Origin: Paramecium tetraurelia
Lineage: Eukaryota
Assembly: GCA_000165425.1 (NCBI GenBank)
Contig: CT868064.1
Span: 124,001 to 170,436, forward strand
Length of the DNA stretch: 46,436 bases
Direction of reading: 5' to 3'
Positions 1 to 10,111 of the stretch are shown in pieces. The position numbers and the translations under genes are program-made. Every line of letters starts with the position of its first letter. Positions within the stretch are counted from its first letter, which is position 1. The notes beneath the pieces are model-generated. The model was not told where the DNA came from. It saw only the letters and a program-made list of their open reading frames with translations, and did no database searches.

Positions 1-1195
1 AAAAATTTAAAAGATTCTTTGTAATCCTAGATTCTTTTGAACCTGCGATATACAAAGAGCACATACACAAATAAAATTCAGAATTTGGTTAAGAAGGAGA
101 ATAAGGACCAGTTAATAGTAACAACAAAAGCCAGACAATCGTATTGAAATATTTTGATTCATTTCTAGACGTAGCTAATAGAAGTTGGTAAGAAAAAACG
201 AATAACAATTGTTAATGAACCTTGAACACACTGATTAGTCATCATCTGAAAACCCCGATTCGCTTAATGACCGAACCATGGATCCTAGTCGTCTCAAGTA
301 AGTGAGGAACAGAGAATCTGCTAGAAATTCAAGAGCCAGAAAAAAGATATACTTCGAATTACTGGAGACCAGAGTTTAAGAGTTACAGGATGAAAATGAT
401 AAATTGAGGGGACAATGTACTATTTTATCAAAATCAATTGAAAATTACAATAAACAGCAGGATAAAGTAAGTACTCATATAAATATGTAATAGTTTTCAC
501 AGTTCTTGGAGTAGCAATAATAATTGTTTGGGAGATTGGAGGATTGCATTAATTAAGGGAAAGATGTAACAGAGATTGAGATATTGTTGGATGCACTCAA
601 ATACAGAACATCCTCGAATAAATAGGAGAGGATTGATGCTGCAAAATCATACTTGTATTCAATATTGAATGTTTGTTTGCCTTTACAGACAAAATATTTG
701 TTCAGTATATTGGATGACAAAGATTTCTTTTCTTAAAACTCAAGGTACGTTTTAATCTATGGAAGGAATTACACAGACTATTTGAGAGATGTTTTTAAGA
801 AAGTGGATACGAGAAGTGATGACTTTGGGAACAATGAAAAAATAAAGCAAAAGTTAGGAGCTGCCAAGCAGAATATGTATGAGTAATAAATTTGATCTAA
901 TTATGAACGCAGCTCATTCAAGAAGATAAGGAAGGAGATCAAATTGATATAGAGTGAAGCAGGAAAGGTTGATTTGCTGTGGGAATAGTTGAAGGAGAAA
1001 CTGTAACCTTAAGTCTTGGCTTAGTGTTTGTTGGCTTTGCATAAGGTATGAGTGTGAGTGAATGTGTAGAATGAGTTTAGAGCAGAGTTCTAAGCATTGA
1101 CTATATTTAAGAGACCGAAGGACTCAACAGAGTAGGTAGGGATGTTAATTGAATAATAATCGTTGCAAAGAAAATAAGTCAAAAAATGTAATTGA
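1..1195 (+). CDS. bZIP transcription factor, 5' end outside the window
   Basis: Ciliate-code translation at about 290-420 gives RLKQVRNRESARNSRARKKIYFELLETRVQELQDENDKLRGQC, a basic region (N-x7-R) plus leucine heptads. Small GT..AG introns lie at about 141-168, 467-493, 883-912 and 1026-1049. TGA is at 1193-1195. Confidence 0.88.
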
Positions 1196-1215
1196 TTTTA
1201 ATCTGTTAATATTAA

Positions 1216-2545
1216 TCATTCAAATGTTTTATTTTGGAAACTGAAAACCCTAACTTTGCTTTGTTATTAGGAGGTTTTGGACAGATCAGAGCTGATTCTT
1301 AAAGAACTTTATTTTTTGGACAGACTAGATTGGCTGTTGTACAATAATGGATGATTGAGTGTGGGAGTTTGATCCATTAATGAGCATTCCATTTAATTAG
1401 CGATGTTCTCTAATGAAACAATATTCAATTAAGCTATTTGTTGAAGAAACAGATTGATAGCAAAATCTAATTGAGTTTTAGTTTCCAAAGTTTTTTCAAT
1501 TAAAAGCATCGTTTTCTGCATTCCAATTTAAGTGATAACAGTATTAAGTAAATTCTTGAAATTTTAGACTTGCTAGTCTTCAAGATTAGGCTGATCTGCC
1601 AATAATTCTTTTAAATAGCAATTCTTAAGTTGTTCATTTAACAGTTCCTATAGTTGATATATAAAGTACTTCATCTTAGATAAATCCGATGTAGACGATT
1701 TAGCATAAAGGGAGACCACCAACATTGATTTTCTAGATTTCGATTTATCTGAAAATATGATTATGGTTATGTGAAAAGGGACTCAGGAAAGCACATAAAT
1801 CATTAGTCTAAATTTTGGATGGTAGGACGATAACGATGTTTTCTGATAGTTCCAACGCTTTTTATAAGTAATTCTTGAGATTTGAATCTAGGAGGAAGGA
1901 GTTGAGAAATTGATATTGTATTATGATTGCATCTGCCTTTTCTTGTCTTTCGAAAAAGGAAGTCAAATATATGTTCTACACTTGCGTTGAGTAATAGTGA
2001 AATTATTAAATATTATATTTGGCATTGTCATTTTCATCAATGGAGTAGGAATCCACTTACGCAGCATTTGATTAAGCGATTTCAATGGACAAGGTTCCAG
2101 GCCCAGTTATTGCATCTACAATTAGGTTTTTGGTGAATTAAGTTATTCGTTTAGCCAAATATTATGTAACACAAAAAGGAAGAACCGATATCGATTATTC
2201 ATGGGTTATTATTAATTCGTGCATGTAGGGGAAAATGTAAGGCATCAGTTCTTTCAGTTGTGCAGGATTGAGCGAGGATCTGTCAATGAATATAGAATGC
2301 ACATCTTTGGAAATGCTTTTAATTTTTTGGCCTGACTTTTTCAGGAGGAAATTGTGTAAGGTTACCTTGGCTGGAGACAAAGAATTTTGGAGGCCGTGGA
2401 AAGCAAAGGGCGATTGATATTTCTCATTTGTGATGAGAGGTTGGGTTTATTATTTTTATTTTTTGCCAAAGCAACAGTTAATTTTCTGGAGAAAGTTTTA
2501 ACAACACGATAACTTGGCTTATTTATTTTTGTTATTATTGTTCAT
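1216..2545 (-). CDS. Divergent TGS1-like (RNA cap trimethylguanosine synthase fold) SAM-dependent methyltransferase, about 435 aa
   Basis: ATG at 2545, a 22-nt intron at 1648-1669 that restores the frame, TGA at 1216-1218. SVLPFCVTQYLAKRI...LIVDAITGPGTLSIEIA...AKYN...KADAIII...LSENIVIVLP...IEIQKINVGG...IVYIG runs colinear with TGS1 motifs (SVTPEKIA...VVDAFCGVGGNTIQFA...ADVVFLSPPW...NIVYFLP...VEIEQ...AYFG). Confidence 0.7.
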
Positions 2546-2566
2546 GAATTAATTTAAATATATATT

Positions 2567-2866
2567 TCATTATTTAGTTACTTTTTGTTTGATTTTATTC
2601 TTGAGTATGGACGGCGAAGACTATTTAGCTAGTGGAGAGGGTGATTTGTAGGATTGATGTCGTTTCGAGGCTCTATCGAAAATCCACACTTGATTTTGTA
2701 GACTGAATCTAAGGGTCTTCATGGGTTTGCCCTTGCTTTCTTCAGTGTTCAAGATTTATCCGAGATCATCTTTGTCCGATTCAGGGACTGGAGTATCTGA
2801 ATCATCCCCATCAGTTTTAATGAGTTTCTCACTCACTTATTGTTGTGCCTATCCAATACAGCTCAT
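2567..2866 (-). CDS. Small 99-aa hydrophilic protein with RVxF-like (KTLRF) and SILK motifs, candidate PP1 regulator
   Basis: Intronless frame from ATG 2866 to TGA 2567 (300 nt): MSCIGQAQQQVSEKLIKTDGDDSDTPVPESDKDDLGQILNTEESKGKPMKTLRFSLQNQVWIF...SSPSILKNKIKQKVTKQ. It fills the gap between two genes. Confidence 0.65.
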
Positions 2867-2989
2867 GGGAGCTATTATATAATTAGATATTTATTTGATT
2901 TATAATAATGTGTAGAATTTACTACTGGATAAGAAATTATGATAACTAATCATGATTGTGTATATTGATGTATTCTCAAATATATCATT

Positions 2990-5318
2990 TCATTTCTCTG
3001 CTTTTGCGAAATGTTTTTGACATGAAATTAGTAAACAGAAACTGTAAATCAGATACGGAATCAAGGGACAAGCGTTGCTCTCCTCGGTGGCACAAGCGTA
3101 AGTGTCTCCAGACACATACATCAAATAGTGATGATCCTTTCTATTATCCTGAACTACAAACTCAATTCAATGTCATACTTTCATTGTACACCCTTGAGTT
3201 TTCCAGAGTCGTGCCCTTGATCAGTCCAGTGTATTGAATCAGGAATGTGGCAATGCAAGCCCCGATCATAATGGCCACACTTCCAGCATGTCCCAAAATC
3301 GATCCAAACATCAATATCATTATTGTAACGAACAAAACATTATATGCAACATACAACATACTATGAGTGTACTTGAACTTGGTGAATTCAATTATTCTTA
3401 TATCTTTCAAGTAATTGAGTTTTCCTTCTGCCTCATCAGATGGTTGGAAAATGAACTATTTATTAAATTATCAATTACATAGCTTTTTGCAACGTTGATA
3501 ATTCCCCAAATGTTGATGCCTCTACATACAAACATTATACTGAAACCAATGAACAATCCCAAAAATCCTTCATTTTTTACAAACAATGAATTCAATGCAG
3601 TTGGATATTAATAGAGTTGAGCACCAATTATTCCAATGCATACCAGGAATGCTGTACCTGCATTAGTGGCTTTAAGGAAAACCATGTAATTCTTGGCTTC
3701 CCAATAGATCTAAAAGATTTTGCCTTGCACGTCTGATATGAAGTGAGCAAAACATGTTAATTTATAAGAATCGGAGGAATTGCAACCAATGAAGAATATG
3801 ACTCCGTAGATGATAAATAAAGATATGTAACCAGAAGCTGCAAATAACAATCCAGCAAATCCTTCAATTGAATAGACTATTGATATCAATAGGAACATCA
3901 AGATAGTTGGAATAGCAGAAAATAAATCTCCCAAATAATTTGAGTAGATCAAATTCATTGGCAATATACGATCACTTGTTGCTAATCCCTATTTGATCAT
4001 AATAATTTACCATATTTCTGACATTAGGGCATCCATGAGATGTGTACCATTCGAACAAACTGATATGAAGTACATTAAATATCAATCCTAACAAATAACA
4101 CCAACAAGCATGCATATTTGATTTACCCTCAAAATCAATGTCCTTTGTATTTTCACCTTTGAGGGTAAACTTATCAATAAGAAATGAAAAAGGGAATGAA
4201 ACATGAATAATGAACGAAATCAAAGCAGCAATAATGACTTACCATCTCACATTGAGGGCAGCAAATGACCCAGTCTCCTAGTCTGCACACATTGTTTTTA
4301 AAAAATAGCATACAATAGATCCTAAATATCCAATGCATACCAAATAGATTGGTCCCAAAATAAAAGCACTTCTGTTTTTGCTATCCAACACTTCAGGACT
4401 ATTGATAACAATTTATGAAACAGCACAACATAAGAAAACCAGTACAAATCCTGTGTCGAGGAAGTTCACAATTGCATTTCCAGCTTATTAAGATACCATG
4501 TATGCTAATCTAGTCAATTGTGAGATATTGTTATTGCCAACACTCAAATTTAAGTCAGCTCTTATTAAACCAAATGAAGCAGTCTTCATTGATCTACACA
4601 TCATAGATATACCCTCTCTATACACGAATCCTCCCAGTATCATTCCCATCAAGAATCCAATCATCAATATTGATACTTTCTCGTATTCTTCTTTCTTCAT
4701 GTCTCCTCCCCAAGCAGCCACATTGAAGTAATACATTAAGACATACATGCCAAATAGCAAACTAAACAATAAACTCACTATTGCAAAACCACTTTAGTAC
4801 ATGTATCCGAAGCTCTCCTCCTTCGAAAATTGTGACTTTATAATTGCTACATATTTATACTTATATCAAAGCTCTTGTCAACGATTTACTATTTGTCGTA
4901 GTAACATAATATGCAAATAACATCACAGTCACAGCGCCTAAAATTGCATTGAACATAAATGAGAATGGATAGTCGATAAACCAAATATCCACAACCAAAA
5001 AAAATAGAAATAAGAGTAGAATCATATACAAAAATTGTGCTAGCCACAATCCACCTATTGATGTTTCTATTAAATCCACAATTCCTGATAAATATTATGG
5101 TTCTATTGTTGGCCTATAAGAACTAGGCTAAATATCATCCACTCCTAAGAGCCCTCTCAGTTGATCACTTACAAAGTCTTATTCATCTTTATATTGCACC
5201 GTAAAACCCTTTTAATAATGCTATCATTTCTTACTTATGCTATCAAATGCACAAAATACCAAACTATCCCCACTATACAGATTAAAATTATCACTACTAG
5301 CGATCCTAACCAACCCAT
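2990..5318 (-). CDS. Vacuolar-type H+-translocating pyrophosphatase-like multipass membrane protein with degenerate catalytic motifs
   Basis: ATG at 5318, TGA at 2990-2992, several 22-25 nt introns that restore frame. Many hydrophobic segments follow V-PPase order, e.g. WYTSHGCPNVRNM..PMNLIYSNYLG (cf. YYTS..SPVQDVA..ATNVIFGLALG), EGKLNY (cf. EGTAKPDY) and SGDTYAC..ESNACPL (cf. GDTIGDPLKDTSGPSL). Confidence 0.8.
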
Positions 5319-6091
5319 TGATAAAAACGAATAAAAATTAATTTATTATATATCAATACCAGCAAACCTTTGCCAACTCAAAATATTCTCTATTAACTGA
5401 ATTATTCAACACCACTCATCCTAATAAAGAACCAGTGTAATACAATAGGTGGGAGAATTCACTAAAATCTTATTCACCTCCAAAATTAATGCTCTAAACC
5501 AATTTAAAAAATATAAAAGAATTAGGCTTATGAACCAATCCAGATAACTTAATATATGAATCATACATCTCAATCTTAATACGTTCAACAATAATATTCG
5601 AAAATATTGCTCATTTAAAATTGATTAAAAACATTAGAGCCAATTTGAGACTATATTGCCATAAATTCTAATAGTAATTTAAAAATTGATCTCAATTATC
5701 ATTCGGAATCTTCAAACAATAAGTAATTAAATTATCTTATGAGAAAGTAATATTTATGATTTTGAATATCCTTAAAATTATTGAATATATAATAATACAC
5801 CACTTTGCAGTAAGTAATAGAGATATAATAATAATATCTTAATAAAATTCAATTTAAATCTCCAGATGAATTTAATGTATGATTTAGACATAGTAAGTAC
5901 TTAATTGTCTTTGCTAAATACTTTTGGATTGCCTCCAATCATAGGGTTTAATAAAAAAGTTTTGAGTAATTAGTTTAGGAATCAGACTAAGATCTGCTGT
6001 TGTCGTTTCTTTCATAATTGAGTATATATTTTATGATATATTTGTATAATTTTTAACGGAAAAAAAAGCATAATTAAATTCTGTTTGTAAA

Positions 6092-6806
6092 ATGAATTAC
6101 CATTATCCTGCCTATCCAACTCCTCAAGCTTCAACTAACTTTATAAACTGCGTTCTTGATTTTGATAGTAAACTCTACATCGGAGATGCTCAAGCTTTTC
6201 AAAATTATCAGAATTATGATGTCAAAGCCATAATATCTTTCTCCACAGAACAAAGTAAACATTCTACTAACTGATTAACTAGATTTCCAAGCTAATTCAG
6301 ATGCCGATCAAATGGTTTTGCAAGTAAACGACCGTCCATAATGTGATATCTCTGGATATTTTGAGAAAACCAATAAATTTATCAACAAACATATGGATGA
6401 GAATCACAACGTACTTGTTCACTGTGTGGCAGGGAAATCTAGATCTGCCACTATTGTGTTGGCCTATCTGATGTTCTCTCAAGATTGGACCTTGTAGGAA
6501 GCGTTGATATACTTAAAAAGTGTGAGACCCTTGGTTTGTCCCAATCCTGGATTCATCAGATAGTTGTTGAAATATGAAGAGAAACTATTCGGTAAGGTCA
6601 GAAGCAATTTAACTCATGAGATTACACCGTATTTCAATGTCTAAAAGGCAGACACTATAATACCAGAAGGGCCAGCGGTGGGAAGGAATTATCTGAGTGA
6701 TTAGAATGCTTATAGCAGGAGATCCTCGTTTGTTTCGCCCCCATCTCAACTCATGGGACACTAGAGGTCGTATTAGCAATTGCAATATGGATGGAGATAT
6801 TATTGA
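6092..6806 (+). CDS. Dual-specificity protein phosphatase
   Basis: Contains VLVHCVAGKSRSATIVLAYLM (HCxxGxxRS signature), upstream DRP and downstream RPLVCPNPGFIRQL. One intron at about 6255-6282, TGA at 6804-6806. Confidence 0.93.
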
Positions 6807-6913
6807 ATGAATTCTTTATTAATATTATTTGGTTTGCTTTTTACTTAAATGAAAAATATTTTTATATAGTTAACGAAGTTGTTATTAATTTTAATAATTT
6901 GTAAATAACACAA

Positions 6914-7216
6914 ATGGTAAACTCTACAATATTAAGCAACACGAAACAAATACGAGGATTTAGCTTCTAATTGAAGAAACCAAAAGCATAGAAATCAATT
7001 TCCATTGCATCTTAAAGAATAAGAAGAGGCTTTTCTTTTGTAGTTGAGTAATGGAAAATTAGTAAATTTTAATCACAGCTTTTTTCGCAAAACGAGTCGC
7101 TTATTCAATCGTCCATCTCAATGGCAAGTTAGGATATTTCAATTATGAACTCGGACTTTAGCATTGCCAAGAAGATTCGTGGTTTCAGTTTTGTTAGGAA
7201 CAAGAAGCAATTATGA
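6914..7216 (+). CDS. 100-aa basic, Ser-rich protein with three RGFSF motifs
   Basis: Intronless ATG..TGA frame of 303 nt: ...KQIRGFSFQL...RIRRGFSFVV...KKIRGFSFVR... The motif is encoded by different synonymous codons each time, which indicates selection at the protein level. Confidence 0.75.
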
Positions 7217-7963
7217 ATATGACTAGCATATTATAATCAACTTTTATATTTTTTATCTAATCCTTAATAATTGAAAGAAAGTGCACTGCTTATTCTAAGA
7301 AATACGAATGGTTCTATTAAACAACAAAAATTGTATAATCCTAATCAGACATGCAACAAAAATTCTATGAGTGATTCAATGGGTAACACTTAATCTTTAG
7401 ATAAACACATCATTGAATCCTCATTTTCTTTGATAAAGACGACCTATTCGATAAGGAACAATTGTATTGGTAGATTAGAAACAAAATTTTATGTACTATT
7501 CGAAATAAATTAAAATAGCAAACCCTCTCTTGATCAATCTCAAAAAGAATAAGTGGAAGACAGGAAATTGAGATAACAGCCTAATTTTGGATTGAAATCT
7601 AAAATTCTAATAGGAGTGATGGTATAATATAAAATTAATGTTGACACTTGCCTTTGAATAATATATGATTCATTCAGGTTAAAACAGTTATCTCTAAATG
7701 GTTCTCTCAATAAAAAGAGGAAGTTTTAATTATTTTCTATAAATAAATAATGATTGGAAATCATTTTATACAAATGGGATTTTGTGTAGTGGAACTGGAA
7801 ACAGAAAATAAGTTTAATGATTTATGGTGTTCTAAAGAATGAGTTTTTGTTTTAGTGTTAAGATTATATGCGATGGGATGTGATGTCAGTAGGGGGTGAT
7901 ATATTTTTGAGAATTTTGCAATAAAATAATTGATTTTATTAATAAAATAAATATATTTATAAG

Positions 7964-9710
7964 ATGGAGGATGTAACAATTTAAAATTCTCTAGGAATTA
8001 ATTAGGTAATTAAAGAAACCCTTTGAAAAAAGAAGTGAGGATGATTTATATCCAATTGAGAGGATGGTTAGGAAGATCGAGTTCTTTCAAAAATATTTTG
8101 CAGATCAAAGAGATCTGAATTTTAGTTATTACTTCGAACATGAATACGCAACTTAAAATACATCCATAATAAACATAGATTCAGTCGGAGACAAATTCTA
8201 TATAATTCTTTAGGGACAGGTGGGCATATATTTTAAGCCTAATTTTATGGAGGACAAGGTGTCATCCACTAAGTTGTTGGAGAAGGTGAAAATGAGATTT
8301 CGATAAGCAGTTAACAACAACAAGTTTAAGGATTACTAGATAAATAAGATATCGTCTCAACAATCGGATTTGGCTTTATTAAAAATCTTGTTACCTGGGT
8401 AGTCATTTGGTGAAACTGCTTTAGTGCACAATAGACCCAGGGATTTCAAAGCAGTGGCATTATAACCATGTCATTTTGCCGTTTTAAGAAGATAATACTT
8501 TAAGGAGGTGGTAAGGATTGGCTAGGAGAAATCTTCGATGAAGGAGATGGGGTTTTTTGCAAATTTGGAGATTTTTGAGGGATGGAATGTGAATTCGATA
8601 TACTAGGTTTACAAGGTGTTGGAATAGAGGAGTTATAGGATGGGAGATGTTGTGTATGCATCAGGGGAGAATGCAAATGCGATTTACTTGGTAAAGGAAG
8701 GAGCTGTGGATGTATGCAATGATATCATTTAAGTTGTAACAAGTATTTGTGGAGGAGAAGGAGGAGTTGGAGACGAGGTCGGCTTCTCCATTTATGAAGT
8801 AGAGAGGGAAGAGTTTGTAGAGGAAGATTGCAACGTTGAGTAAACACCAGTTCTTGGGATTAGAAGATATTCACAGTTAAGAGCAGAAGCACAGATTCAC
8901 TTGTGTTAGTTCTAGTTCAGACACAATCCTAATTATTATACCAGTGGAATTGTATATGAAGAAAATCTACAGTCAGCCTACTAGTCAATCGTACGTTAAG
9001 GAGTTTATATAAGTTTAATGCAAGTACCAAGATCAACGAGTATTTATTGATATTAATCAAAAGAATTCCTAATTGTAAATAGCAATCAATTCCCAAAGAC
9101 AGCAATAGTAACAGATCTTTGCGAGAATAAATTAATAATAAAATGCCGACATGTTGGAGTTTTTTTTTAATTTGGAAGCGAGATTTAAGACACTCACACA
9201 AGAACCAATGAAGAGGTTGCCAAAAAGCCAGATTGGAGAGAGATCCCAAAATTACAGTGCTCATGAACAGTATGTAGACAGAAGGTGTTTTACGAGAGCC
9301 AAGGACAGATCTTTATAGGGGAAGGTCCAGACACAGAGTTTATACTAAAATTAAGCATATAGATAAGTGATTCATGAATCAAGGGTAATCGAGAAGAATT
9401 TGCCAAATCTGACTTCGTTTATTGATAAGAATTCGTCTGGCTTGCATCACTCGAAATCAACTTAAGTTAAATACAGGAGGAGGAGTCCATAGAAACAATA
9501 GCAATTACAATTTCAGAATGTTTAAACTACGTTGAATGAAGAGGAATAATAATTAATATCAAATATTCTTTCGAAGAGAGCAATTCAACCTAGAAAACAT
9601 ACTTCTGTGAAACGAGTGAAGTCAACTGAGGATTATACACACAGAAGGACTTTAAAATTCCAGGATTAGCCAAAGATCTGAGCATATTTGCCTATGGATT
9701 AATTAACTGA
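7964..9710 (+). CDS. Tandem cyclic nucleotide-binding domain protein
   Basis: After a 22-nt first intron the frame reads SVGDKFYIILQGQVGIY...PGQSFGETALVHNRPRDFKAVA (CNB-A) and YRMGDVVYASGENANAIYLVKEGAVD (CNB-B), then a long low-complexity tail. The stop position is approximate. Confidence 0.85.
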
Positions 9711-10111
9711 TATAATTAGTAATTAATAAAATCCTATTGTGTATAATTAAAGCTAGTTATATATTCCTTCATATATCTTGATCCTTGGGGTCAGTTTCTG
9801 TTTAGGACATCGACAGTCAATGGGTGAGTTGAAAAAGGTTGAGCCATTTGGGGTTTAAATAAGGGGAAGGAGAGAAAAACAAAGATATGGAATTCAGTAC
9901 AAATTAGTTGAATAATAAATTTGTTAGAATGTATTGGGGAAAGGGCCTTAAGCAAACAGAAGATGGAACCAAAGATTGGTAAGTAGGTAGTTTAGGTGGA
10001 TGAAATTCTGTATTTAATTGTAGGAATGAATAATAGAGGGGGGTAAATTCTTTAGTTTATATAGGATGTGAATTAAAGATTTTAGTTATTAATAATTATA
10101 TTGTATAAAAC

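Noticed and set aside
3162..3974. In-frame TGA codons in the PPase-like gene as selenocysteine, readthrough or pseudogene lesions
   Set aside because: Each is removed or bypassed by a canonical 22-25 nt GT..AG intron that restores the homologous frame.
5340..6015. Minus-strand frame starting near 6015
   Set aside because: No motif, very AT-rich, and no coherent gene model could be built.
7240..7900. Short frames between the RGFSF gene and the cNMP-binding gene
   Set aside because: Candidate exons could not be joined into a consistent model and have no recognisable product.
9781..9860. TTGGGG/TTTGGGG hexamers as telomere-addition sites
   Set aside because: They are isolated single copies, not tandem telomeric repeats.
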